From contig CAWJTV010000025.1 in the NCBI GenBank assembly GCA_963845755.1, positions 64,001 to 128,000 of the forward strand: 64,000 bases of DNA, read 5' to 3'. Below, in pieces: positions 1-10,809 of the stretch; positions within the stretch are counted from its first letter, which is position 1; every line of letters starts with the position of its first letter. Position numbers and translations under genes: made by a program. The DNA is from an uncultured Planctomycetota bacterium. Lineage in GTDB: Bacteria; Planctomycetota; Planctomycetia; Isosphaerales; Isosphaeraceae. Below the pieces are notes generated by a model. The model was not told the origin of the DNA. It made no database searches and saw nothing but the letters and a program-made list of their open reading frames with translations.

Positions 1-101
1 GTGAGTCGAGGCGGCCATGTTGTCAAGGAGACCGGCCTCGGCACCCAAAATCATACGGCGGGGAATCGCCCGGAGGAATCGGACCATCGCGAGGAGGCAG
101 T

Positions 102-749
102 ATGCGCCGCTTCTCCATCCGGACCCTGATGGCATTCATCGTCCTCGCCGCCGTCGGTCTGGCGGCTCTCCGTAACGCGAATGAGGACTGGGCCGAGATG
201 ATGCTCCTGACTGCCCTGTCCGCCGTCGGAGTTGCGGTCCTTGGGGCGAGCCTGATGCGAGGCCGGGAGCGGGCGTGGTGGCTGGGGTTCGCCGTCTTTG
301 GCGGTGGGTATCTGTCTCTGTCCGTCGGCCCGTGGGTCGGCGATCCGTTCCGGCAATAGCTCGTCACGACGCATTGGATAGGCCAGCTCCGCGACCTATT
401 GTTCGAATCGAACGCCGGAGCTTTGCGGCTTGAAAATCAGGAACTCGAGACTGAGTTGGCCAGGCTGAGACAGGCGACGCCGAAGTTCAAATACGACCCC
501 GTCGTGGCGACCATGACGAATAATCTTCGGTCGATACAATCCCAACTGACCGCAAGCAAGTATGCGGGGCTTCGCTACGACGAATTCCAGCGAGTCGGCC
601 ACTGTCTGTTCGCCCAGATGTCCGGACTGCTGGGAGCGATGGTGGCCACGTGGTTCCTCGCGAGGCGGGAGAGGGGTGGAGGTGACGCTGGGTCGTCGCC
701 ACACCCGACGCAGGAGCGAGCCCAAGTCGTTGACGAGGGCGGCACGTGA
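102..749 (+). pseudogene. Planctomycete-type membrane protein interrupted by an in-frame TAG at 357-359
   Basis: GAGGAGG RBS at ~90-97; MRRFSIRTLM start and three hydrophobic segments. ORFs 102..359 and 399..749 are in the same frame, with plausible coding sequence (LVTTHWIGQLRDL) right after the TAG, and a C-terminal TM segment. Confidence 0.65.
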
Positions 750-817
750 GGCCAAGACGTGATTAGCACCCGACAGAGGTTTCTCGATGCCGGCACGAAT
801 CACGATAGGAGGCAGCC

Positions 818-1002
818 ATGTTCCGGGTCAGCTACCAGGCGAAGGCATCGACGACGCCGACACCCTCGAGGGAGCCCGGGAGATCGACCGGAGTGGGCGG
901 CAGAGTCGGGACGACGTGGACGAGATCCGGTCGGATCGGTTCCCGTCGGGGCATAGCAGCCGGCCGTGGGGCCGGATGATCCGGCAGTCGGATGGGGGTT
1001 GA
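818..1002 (+). pseudogene. Small hypothetical protein, frameshifted or degenerate
   Basis: AGGAGG RBS then ATG at 818 (MFRVSYQ); a frame change gives EGIDDADTLEGAREI...DVDEIRSDRFPSGHSSRPWGRMIR. Confidence 0.35.
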
Positions 1003-2130
1003 GGAGGTTCCTGTCTGTGGTCGCACCGATGATGCCTCGCCGCTTCGACTACGCGATGAAGGCGGAACCGGTCCAACACGGCCATTTCGCCCGATCGATC
1101 GGATTCCACTCGTGAAACGAGCCGAGTCCTGCCGGGACCACTCGCCGGGCAGATGCTTCGTGCTGCGACAACCGATCGTCACCGTTCGCAACGGCGTGAC
1201 GGAGGCAAATCGTGATGAACGTCCCTGCGGTTTCCACCGGCCGGCCATGATCAGGCGAGGAATCTCCCTGGGGATGGGCTCGTTGAGCGACTAAGGTATC
1301 TCTCGTCGCCAACAAGTCCGTGAGCCGGGACGCAGCGACGGATCGTCCGCTTCGCTGACTCGCTGCCAGGAAGACTACCAGGAAGACAGCGATGGCTTGG
1401 AGGGAGAACTTTCGATGGATGGCCCGCCCGGAAGGCTTCTCATAACGGCTTGAGAGCGCGGAGATATTCGAGAACGAGGCCATGGTTCGGCTCCACTCAT
1501 TTCCATGTCATCGCGCACGATGCACCGGAGCATCTGCGGGGGCGATGTCGTCGCACTCGGTTGTTAGGACCGAAGCTCGTCCCCGGCGCGGGGGTGCTGG
1601 CGCCAATGAAGCAAGAGGGCTTGGAACTGGCCAGGGGTCCGAGTTTCGCGCATCGGGGCAACTTCTGCTGATCATGGCGTGTGATGCCACTCAACTCTAT
1701 CTCACTCCCGAACGACATCGGGCGATATCGCGAAACCGTTGGGCGCCGGTGATGCCACGGAGCATCATCTCCTTGACAGGATGTAAATCGCGACTTAGAC
1801 AGAGGCGACGGCCTTCACGACGGGCTGCCCTCGCGGTAATTGGACACGACGGGCAGCCTGCAACACTCCCGGCCAGGGGGGGTCCGAGGATCCGCTTCGT
1901 CGTCGTGCGAACCCTCACGGGGGTTGCGGTTCCGGGCTTGATGCTCGTGGTCTTGCTCCGTTGAGTCATCCGGAGCGATGAGCTGAACCGCTGGGGCCCG
2001 GCCTAGTGGATCCGGACGAGTCATGTTTCGCAAGCATGTCGGCGGAACCGGTGTGTCGCGACAAGCCAGATGGCCAATACCGGTTGGGCTCCGCTCTCGC
2101 GGTCGGATGGAAGTTCTCTTTCAAGGGCCA

Positions 2131-2175
2131 AGAAAAAGAGCAGGCCGGCCACGGCCGCAGCCGTAGCCAGCCCGC
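2131..2175 (-). terminator. Rho-independent terminator
   Basis: Minus strand GCGGGCTGGCTACGGC-TGCG-GCCGTGGCCGGCCTGC (16-bp stem with G-U pairs) followed by TCTTTTTCT, about 20 nt after the 2197 stop. Confidence 0.75.
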
Positions 2176-2196
2176 CTCGCGATCGTGCCGTGAACC

Positions 2197-2523
2197 TCAG
2201 GGCCGATAGAACCTGTGCTTTCGCATCAGGTGATCGCCGAACACGAGGCCGCCTCCGAACCCGAGGATGGCAACCAGGGGTCCGGCGATGCCCGATCCGA
2301 TCACGCCGCCGATCAGAGCGATCGCGATCGTGCACCAGGCGCTCAAGCCGTTGAAGAGCTTCCGGCGATCGCGCCCGCGAATGTCGGGGAAAACCCAGTC
2401 GCAGATGTGTCTCGCCCCGAAATCCTGCAACGAGTTCGGCCGGACCTGGTAACCGCCGCGATAATGATGCGGCGGTCGCCGGCCCGGCCGCTTCCTGCGT
2501 CGGTTTGGATAGTGTCTTCCCAC
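2197..2523 (-). CDS. Hypothetical membrane protein
   Basis: 108 aa, basic N-terminus, two hydrophobic segments; abuts the upstream gene and is followed by a terminator. Confidence 0.6.
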   Translation of the reverse strand: MGRHYPNRRRKRPGRRPPHHYRGGYQVRPNSLQDFGARHICDWVFPDIRGRDRRKLFNGLSAWCTIAIALIGGVIGSGIAGPLVAILGFGGGLVFGDHLMRKHRFYRP

Positions 2524-3069
2524 TCAGACCCCCTCTTCTGCCGGCGCGATCGCCAGCGCCTCGCGTTCGAGGTGGGTGAGCTCGTCGCCGAGCAACTCTC
2601 CGACCTTGGTCCAGAGCTGGCGTATCTGGGCCGGTGAGCGGGCGAGCCAGACGGTGTCGAGCAGGCGATCCTTCTCGGCGCGGAGCCGCAGGATCTGCCG
2701 GCCCAGCTCGTGCACGGCCAGCAACTCGTCCTCGTGAACCGCCTGCCGATGGGAAACAGCCCTGGTGATATCGGACTCGTGACGGACGTAATAGACCTCC
2801 TCGATCTGGTCGATCTCGACCCCGCGCACCCGGGCGAGCATGGTGCGCTGGGCCTGCCGCTCGCGACGGGCGAGCGCCTCTTTCTGGGAGGCGATCTGGT
2901 CGAGTTCCGCCCGGAATCCGGCCAGTCCCGGCGAGGTCAGGGCGCGTCCTCGAGCCGAGGCCTTGATCCGGTCCATCAGGCCCGGGTCGCCAGCCAGGAT
3001 CGCCTCGATCCGCCGATTGATCTTGGCCTCGATCCGATCCTTCCAGTGGGTTTTCTCTGCTACCGTCAA
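2524..3069 (-). CDS. Hypothetical helical/coiled-coil protein
   Basis: 181-aa ORF with natural composition (TVAEKTHWKDRIEAKINRRIE...), in an operon with its neighbours. Confidence 0.7.
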   Translation of the reverse strand: MTVAEKTHWKDRIEAKINRRIEAILAGDPGLMDRIKASARGRALTSPGLAGFRAELDQIASQKEALARRERQAQRTMLARVRGVEIDQIEEVYYVRHESDITRAVSHRQAVHEDELLAVHELGRQILRLRAEKDRLLDTVWLARSPAQIRQLWTKVGELLGDELTHLEREALAIAPAEEGV

Positions 3070-3136
3070 ACCTATGCAGGTCCTCCATTCGATGGAAGGT
3101 CATTCCGGGTTGTACTCGAAGCTTACCGATGGCTGC

Positions 3137-3618
3137 TCAGATCTGGCTTACCGCCTTGAGGGTGTCGATCATCCGGCTGGCCTGGGGCAGGCTCAGATCC
3201 TCCGGCCGATCGACTCCAAACTCCAGCAGCAAGCCCTCAAGGTCAGCATGCTGCCGGGTCGCGATGGAGCGAATCGCCCGGATTTGGTTCTCGGTCGCCA
3301 GCTTGCGGGTTCGGGATCGCCCGGCCGGCGGAGGGTCGGTGGGACCGTTGCCGTTGGCGTGGCCATTGGTCGTCTGGCGGGGCGGTGATGCCGGCGGATC
3401 TTGTGGCGCGGCGACCGGGGCCTGCAAGCGGGCCAGTTCATCGTGGACCGCCTGATGGGCGGCGACGTAGGCACTGCGGACCCGAGCATGGAACCCCTCC
3501 AGGTCGCGATCCAGCAGGCCGGTGTCGATCTCCAGCTCGAGGTGGCACGAGGCGCCGACCGAGCCGTAATCCGGCTGGCCGACCTTGCGCGAGACCCGAC
3601 GTTCAACTTCAAGGACAC
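3137..3618 (-). CDS. Hypothetical protein (xLKLNVGVSRKVGxPDYGS type), 1-nt frameshift near 3595
   Basis: AGGAGG RBS then GTG at 3618 (VSLKLNVG); continues in another frame as VSRKVGQPDYGSVGASCHLELE...ATENQIRAIRSIA...LSLPQASRMIDTLK. Confidence 0.6.
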
Positions 3619-3705
3619 GGTGTGGGCCTCCTTCATGACACGGCATGGGACTGGGCCGGCGATTCTGCCTTAGCCGTGGGTTTCGGTTGGCGACGCCGAC
3701 GTCCG

Positions 3706-4660
3706 TCACTCCTTTCGTTCCGGTTTCTGGGCCGGCTGCGCCTTCCGGTTGGAGCGATCGGCGCTCGCGTTGTTCTTGCGGCGGGCCTCCAGCAACTCTG
3801 GCTCCCACTGGAACCTCGGTCCCTTGCCGGGTTCATAGCCCGCAAGGTGACTTTCGGCCAGGCCCGTTCGCTTGTCGGGCCGCACATAATGCCACGAGCC
3901 ATCGCCGAAGACCTCCTCGACGAGCTTCGCCAGCGCCGGGTCGTAAGACTTCAATTCGGCGCGCGTGTCGACGTGGTTATGCGAAGAGTCGTTCTGGCGA
4001 TTGGTGTCGAACCACGACTGGACGCCTTCGGCCCAGTATTCACTGATGTTGCTGATGGCATAGGTATTCTTCCAGAGGCCTTTGGCCTTCGCATCTTCGT
4101 AGACCTTGCTCAGCCGCGGCTGGAACGTCGGGTTGACCATTCGCAGGCCCATCGAGTGGATCGCGTGGGCGAACTCGTGGATCATGATGTTCTCGGTCGA
4201 ATATGGGTCGCCCTTGTAATTGAGCAGGTTCTCCTCGGCGCAACTGACGGCCGGGCGCTGGCGGCTGGCTCCCAGGCCTCGCGCGGATGTTCCAGTAGAG
4301 TTTGGGCTGCAAGTCGCGGTGCTCGGGAATGTCCGTCGTCCGCTCCGAGTAGGCCATGACCGCCAGCCGAACCTTGTTCCGGATCATCGCGTCCCGGACC
4401 TCCGGTCGATGGGCCAGCATCTGGTCGGCCAGGTAGGCCGCCTCACGCAATGCGTAGTCCGAGACCTTCGATGAGCCGACGACCGGCAGGCCGTGGGCGC
4501 TGAGATACTTGGTGTAGAACGGGTCGAGGCCCAACTCCTTGGGCGGGGCGGTCACCGCGGGCAACTCCGGCGGCGCCGCGGTTGCATTCCATGCCCCGAC
4601 CGGGAGCAGACAGAGAGCGACATGGAGCAAGAACCCGTTCCGAGCTGTGCGTTTCATCAT
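3706..4660 (-). CDS. Secreted zinc metallopeptidase (HExxH; lethal-factor/Pro-Pro endopeptidase-like), frameshift near 4278
   Basis: Signal peptide; joining ORFs 4040..4660 and 3706..4185 restores RARGLGA...CAEENLL...ENIMIHEFAHAIH...EYWAEGVQSWF (HExxH plus a downstream Glu ligand). Confidence 0.8.
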
Positions 4661-5274
4661 CGCGTTACCCTCTTTGCGACCGATGACTCGTGATGCGTCT
4701 GTCGCAAATCGAAAGGTTGGATTCGCGAGTGTGGCGAGTCCTCGCGATCGAGCGACCGTCGCCCGGCGTCCGCGGCACGAAACTAGATTACAACCGGCCC
4801 CAGCAGTTCGGGTCGAGGGTCAAGACGAGAAAAAGCCGGCCATGATGGCTCTGGGACGAGACGTTGAGGGCGGACCTTCGACGGCCTCACCGACCGCGAG
4901 AGATAAATGCGGGCAACGGCCGGGCGCATGAAGCCACGGCGGGCGCCGGGCATACGACGGACTTACGTGGCGTGGTCGGTCACGCCATGATCGTCGCTTT
5001 CACGGAACTGGCCGAACCAAGCCCGAGGACTTCCTCTTCGCCCGGAGTCGCGATGGTGCGTGCTGGCCACACCGGGACTGCTGGTAGTTGCAGCGTCCCG
5101 GCACTCGCCAAGGGCTCGACGTATGTGACCGCGACCGATCGCCAACGCCGATCGCCGAATCGATCGGTACGTGCCCCCGATCCACGAGGCCGCCTCGGGT
5201 CGCATGAACTGCACGGCACTCGGCACCGAGCACCCCTCGCGGGTTCCGATCCGATCGAGAGGCGCGACGTCCGG

Positions 5275-6678
5275 TCAGTCCCTCACCCGCCTCGCGGTGA
5301 ACGTGACGCTCCGTTCGTCGCCGATCTTCAGGCCCTTGCCCGCGTCCCAGATGATCGTCTCCCCCGGCAAGACCACCTTCGAGAAGTCGGTCTTCTCCAC
5401 TTTCACGTCGGTCACCTGGTACGGCAGCAGGTAGCAGAAGATCCGCCACCCGTCGTACTTCTCGGTCGTCCTCTTGTTCCCCTCGCCGACGAAGTTCACT
5501 TTCACCTTGTAGGTCATCCGCACGACGTCCTTGTCCCCGGTCTCCCGGACGTCGAGCGTCTCGGTGAGGGCCGGCTCGCGGGTCTTCTCCACCCGCCCTT
5601 CGAGGGCCGGGTCGCCGTAAAGGACGAAGATCCCGTCGGTGAACTCCGTCCCTTCCCTTTCCCGGCCGGTCACGATGTCCTCGGCGAGCAGATAGTTCGA
5701 CCACTGGCGGAGGAGGAACAGTGACTCGGAGAACGTCCAGCGGCCCTCCTGCTTGAGGAACCAGTCGGCCATGTTCCAGTTGAGCTCGTACCAGGTGGAC
5801 TGGACCGCGCCAACGTACTGTTTGGCCCCGTTCTTCATCCAGGCCAGGGCGTAGGAGTCCTTGAAGCTGTTCCGGCCCGTGTTCACCACGCCGGTCAGGC
5901 AGTTGCCGACGGCCCAGTAGATCTTGGGCCTCGACGCGGTGAGCGGCAGGTCCACGCCCGGGGCGGTCATGGTGAGCCGGCCGCCCCTGGCGGTCAGGTA
6001 GCCCTTACCGCGGGGGTACATGAGCATCCAGTTGTGATGCCCGCCGTGGCCAGACCCGATGATCAGGTCGAACTTGTCCTCAGACAGGAGCCTGTGGACG
6101 TACCTGGAGTCTTCCGCGTCACTGGTCGGCCCTCCGGACGTTACCGTGAAGTCCTCCCCCGCCTTCTTTTCGCCCAGCTCGCCCCGATCGCGAGTCCACT
6201 CGGTCACATAGTCCCCCTCCGGCACCCAGTTCAGCCACGCGCCGAGGGTCTTGGTGAAGGCCCGCTTGATCACCACCGGTTCCGCCTTCGCGAGCTCCAG
6301 CGCGTGCTCCTCGTCGAACCCGGTGAGGATGCCCCAGATCGCGTTAACGTACGGGTCATCGTCGAGCGTGCGGCAGAACTTGTTCGCCACCAGGGCGAAG
6401 TCCGGGAAGTTCTCGGTCGGCTGGCAAACGAAGCAGACGTAGCGGGGATGGTACACCCCGACATTCTGGCGGACGTCCTCGGGGGACTTGTCGTAGGCGA
6501 AGGCCTTCCCCTTGTACTTCGCTTCGAGGAACTGGACGACCTTGCCCCACGGGCCGGCTGCGACATCCTTCTTGACGACGATCGCGTACGGCCCGGCCGA
6601 CTCGGCGGCCCCGGCCATCCCGTCCGGCACGACGAAACCGGCCACCGCCACCAATCCCGCGACGAACTTCCGAGTCAT
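5275..6678 (-). CDS. Secreted protein, probable clan CD (gingipain/C25-like) cysteine peptidase
   Basis: GGGAGGGG RBS, ATG at 6678, signal peptide; LIIGSGHG and YWAVGNCL motifs resemble the His/Cys dyad, and VLYGDPAL resembles the C25 end motif. Confidence 0.65.
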   Translation of the reverse strand: MTRKFVAGLVAVAGFVVPDGMAGAAESAGPYAIVVKKDVAAGPWGKVVQFLEAKYKGKAFAYDKSPEDVRQNVGVYHPRYVCFVCQPTENFPDFALVANKFCRTLDDDPYVNAIWGILTGFDEEHALELAKAEPVVIKRAFTKTLGAWLNWVPEGDYVTEWTRDRGELGEKKAGEDFTVTSGGPTSDAEDSRYVHRLLSEDKFDLIIGSGHGGHHNWMLMYPRGKGYLTARGGRLTMTAPGVDLPLTASRPKIYWAVGNCLTGVVNTGRNSFKDSYALAWMKNGAKQYVGAVQSTWYELNWNMADWFLKQEGRWTFSESLFLLRQWSNYLLAEDIVTGREREGTEFTDGIFVLYGDPALEGRVEKTREPALTETLDVRETGDKDVVRMTYKVKVNFVGEGNKRTTEKYDGWRIFCYLLPYQVTDVKVEKTDFSKVVLPGETIIWDAGKGLKIGDERSVTFTARRVRD

Positions 6679-7000
6679 GGCACCCCTCCCCAGGAGAAAA
6701 GCGGCCCCAATCGGCCGATCGTACCCGCTCGCAAGGGAAAGGTCACGAAATAATCGCCGCCCTTGCGCTGCCGCCGTAAGGGGAAGCCGGTCACTCCGGT
6801 CTCCACCGCCCCGCAGGTCGGGCTCGCCGGCAGGCACTCCGGGGACGACACGGCATCCGACCAGATTCTATCAAACCGTAACCACTCCGGGCGATGTGAC
6901 CGTCACGCGCCAGCCGTTGAAACGAACAGGGAGTATTCCCCTACGAGCATTGGCAAAAGTTTGTTCAAAATAACACGCTAGAAATAAGGGGGATTGAGCG

Positions 7001-7480
7001 ATGCTAAAAATTGAGGTGGTTTCTGATGTCATTTGTCCTTGGTGTTTCATTGGCAAGCGGCGCTTGGAGCAAGCGATCGGCCGATTCGACGAAGAAGTCA
7101 GTATTCGCTGGCTCCCGTTGCAACTAAATCCGACCATGCCGTCGGGAGGAATGGATTGGCGCGTATCGCTCGGCCAAATTGGGGAGTTGGGAGCGGTCTC
7201 TTGCCTTCGATGACCAGGTCACAGCCGCCGGCGCGATGGAAGGCATGGCGTTCGATTTCACGCGTGTTGAACGGACGCCGAACACCCTCGACGCCCACCG
7301 GCTCATCTGGCTTGCCGGCGAGCGGGGCGTCCAGGACGCGGTGGTCGAGGGGCTGTTTCGCGGCTACTTCGTGGCGGGCAGAGACCTCGGCGACCGGGAG
7401 GTGCTGGCGGGCATCGCATCCGAAGCCGGACTCGGCCGCGAAGAGGTTGACCGATTCCTGCATGGCGATGACGGTCTCCG
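7001..7480 (+). pseudogene. DsbA/FrnE-family oxidoreductase, frameshifted and C-terminally truncated
   Basis: SDVICPWCFIGKRRLE, QLNPTMP and PNTLDAHRLIW motifs; frame change near 7165-7180; similarity ends after FLHGDDGL, before the GVP cis-Pro loop. Confidence 0.75.
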
Positions 7481-7615
7481 CAATCGTCCGTTTAGTATCC
7501 CGAGGCCTAGTTGCATCTTGCTTGCCCCTGGACCATAACACTGTTAGCGTTTGAGCGAAACCGAAACTGACGACTTTCTCTATGCCCGCGCCCCAAGTAG
7601 AGAGGAGCGACGATC

Positions 7616-10469
7616 GTGTCACGAGTCTTGACGACCTGGACGGCGGCGGCACTGGTGGCCCTGATCTGCGACCTACCGGCCTCGGCGGGGGATAAGACCA
7701 ACGGGGCTGTCGCACCCTCGGTCAAGAACCTGAGACTCAAGATCAGCCCGAACGGGCGCTACTTTGTCGATCAGGATGGCAAGTCGTTTTTCTACCTCGC
7801 AGACACCTGCTGGCTACTCTTTCAGAGGCTGAATCACGACGAGGTTGATGAGTACCTGAAAGACCGGGTTGCCAAAGGGTTCACCGTCATCCAGGCCTAC
7901 GTCATCCGTGGCCTCGGCCAGCGCCATCCAGATGGGAACGGCTCACTCCTCGGGGAGTCCCCGTTTATCGACCGCGACGCCACGAGGCCCAATGAGGCGT
8001 ACTTCAAGAACGTCGATTACGTCGTCAATCGAGCTAACGAGCTAGGCCTGTTCATGGGCCTGGTCACCGCCAAGTCGTGGCACGTCAACAAGACCCCAGA
8101 GCAGGTATTCAACGAGAAGAACGCCTACACGTTCGGCAAGTTCCTCGGCGAGCGTTACAAGAACAACGCCGTCATGTGGTATCCGGGCGGCGACTCCGTC
8201 CCCGGAAAGGACGACGCGGTTTGGATTGCGATGGCGAAGGGTTTAAGGGACGGCAGCGGCCGTACGCAATTGATCTCCTATCACGGGTCCGGGCAGACAT
8301 CCTCCTCGACCTGGTATCACAACGCCGATTGGCTCGATTTCAACACGATCCAGTCTGGCCATAACTTCAGGTCGGACAGCTTTGCCTTCGTCAGCAAGGA
8401 CCACGCCTTGTCACCCGCGAAACCGACCGTGGATATGGAGCCGGCGTATGAGAACCATCCTACCGGCGCCGGGAAGCCGCGCGTTGATGCACATAAGGTG
8501 CGCACTCAAGCTTACATGGCGATGCTCGCAGGCGCGGCGGGCCACGCTTACGGATCACTCGACCTTTTCTGGTTCTTCAAGCAGGGCGATGGCCCATTCC
8601 CCAGGGACGGATTCCGGGACTGGCGCACGGCGATGAATTACCCGGCTGCCGGACAGATGAGTGCGATGCGGCGGCTGTTCGAGCAAAGGCCCTGGTACAA
8701 GTTGATGCCCGATCAGTCGGTCCTGGCCTCGGATCCGGGCAGCGGTCCGTTTCAAGTCGTCGCCGCGCGGGCCGAAGAGGACAGCTTCGTCATCGTCTAT
8801 GCGCCCGCAGGCAAGCCCCTCAGCATCAACATGGAAAAGGTCTCTGGCAAGGCCGTGAAGGCACAGTGGTATGACCCCCGCGAGGGTACATGGCAGCTCA
8901 TCGGCGAATACCCGAACACGGGCCGCCGTGAGTTCGTCGCCCCCTCCCAAGGCGGAGCAGAGCGATTGGGTCCTGGTCTTGGAAGATGCCGCGAAGGGTT
9001 TCCCGGCCCTGAATTCCGCTGGTGACCTGTTGCGAGGCGAGGGCCAACCCATCAACCTCCCGATCAGCGGCCCGCTTCGGGCCTCGAAGAACCCGCACTA
9101 CTTTGAAGACGCCCGCGGCGCTCCGCTGATCCTCTGCGGATCCCATTCCTGGAACACGCTCCAAGATTGGGGTATCGATGGGTCAGTACGGCCGTTGGAT
9201 TTTGATGCGTTCATCCGCTTTCTAAAGGCGCACGGCCACAACTGCACCTTGCTCTGGTATACCGAGCTGCCCAGGTTCCACGGCCTACCGACCACGGATG
9301 CCGACCCGCCGAATTTCACCGTGAGACCTCATCCCTGGTTGCGGACAGGTCCTGAGTTCGCGACCGACGGCGAGCCGAAATTCGATCTGAAGAAGTTCAA
9401 TCCGGAGTACTTCGACCGATTGCGCACGCGGGTGCAGGCGCTCGAGAAGGCCGGCATCTATGTCGGCGTGTATTTGTTCACGGGCGAGTGGGTCCTGCGA
9501 TTTCGGTGTCCCACCGACGGCTACCCGTTCTCGGGGCCCAACAATATCAACGGAGCCGACGACGGCTATCGGGATAAGTCGTCCGCCGTCAGTTCCGTCA
9601 CCATGACTGCGCCCAACGCCATCACCGGTTTTCAGGACGTTTACATCAAGAAGATGATCGATACTCTGAACGACTTGCCGAACGTCCTCTGGATCGTCTC
9701 GGAAGAAGCTCCGACGTCCTCAACGTGGTGGAACAACCACCTGATTTCGGTCGTCCGCGCGTACGAGAAAGGAAAGCCCTTCCAACATCCGATCGGCTAC
9801 GCAACGCTCGGCGAGCGGCCCAACGATTCGATCCTTTATAACTCCGACGCGGATTGGGTTGCCCCGTGGGCGCGCGTATCCCCCACCAAGTCGACCGGAA
9901 CGGGTAGCCCCTCGGCCAAGGTCAACATCAACGATAGCGATCACAGCTATTACCGGATGTGGGACGACACACCTCAGAAGAACCGGAATTACCTCTGGGA
10001 GAATCTCGCGAACGGCAGCCAGGTCCTGTTCATGGACCCCTACCTGGTGAATTGGCCCAAATGGAAGCGGAACCTGTGCCTCGCTCCCGTTAACGGCATC
10101 GGCACCGCGCCCGACCCGCGCTACGACAATTTCCGGGACAATATGGGCTACCTCGTGCGTTACTCGCACAAGCTCAACCTGGCTGAAGTCACTCCGAGGG
10201 GCGAACTCTCGTCGACGGGCTTCTGTCTCGCCCAGACACCCGCCGTCGGGGCGGAGTACCTCGTCTACGCCCCCGACGGAGGCTCGTTCACGCTGGACCT
10301 CTCCGCCATGCCGAACACTCGAAGCCTTGCCGTCGAATGGTTCGACCCGGCGAACGGGAAGACGATCACGCAGAGCCCCGTCCCCGCCGGATCGTCCTCC
10401 CAGTCGTTCCGCGCCCCGTTCCGCGGCGATGCAGTGTTGTACGCGGTGGATGTCGCGGGCCACAACTGA
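7616..10469 (+). CDS. Secreted two-module glycoside hydrolase-like protein (DUF4038/GH140-like + beta-sandwich, then a second TIM-barrel-like module + beta-sandwich), frameshift near 8954
   Basis: Signal peptide; FFYLADTCW, KGFTVIQ, QSGH, DMEPAYE and AQWYDPREG...DWVLVL motifs. Removing one G joins it without a stop to GSHSWNTLQD...YFDRLRTRV...VEWFDPANG...GDAVLY. Confidence 0.75.
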
Positions 10470-10681
10470 TCGTCCGCCGGATCCCCGTAAGTCGGGAGGG
10501 TGAGTAGCGATGGATGCTGCTGGCGAGGTCCGATCAGGCCGCCAGCCTCGCGAATCGCGACATCCGTGTCACTGCACACGGGACGCCCCCCAGCCAGTCC
10601 GAGATCCGATAGAGGGGCGTGAGTATCAATGGAGAATTCAAGGAATATATTCTATATATCTTCTTATATAAAATACTCTCC

Positions 10682-10780
10682 ATGGCTTCCGACGCCGGTC
10701 AGCGCCTTGACCAGCTCGTCGATCATGATGACGCACGGCACCTCCGCGTCGGCGATCTTCAGGGCCTGTCGCGTCCGTCC
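10682..10780 (-). pseudogene. Short fragment of an AAA ATPase (Walker B region)
   Basis: Translates TRQALKIADAEVPCVIMIDELVKALTGVGS, resembling the hhhhDE Walker B context of Ycf46-like AAA ATPases; no start codon or Walker A. Confidence 0.5.
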
Positions 10781-10809
10781 AAACAGGGGCTACACGTTCG
10801 TCAGGCGCA

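Noticed and set aside
1003..2100. Several overlapping short ORFs
   Set aside because: No recognisable motif or consistent coding signal.
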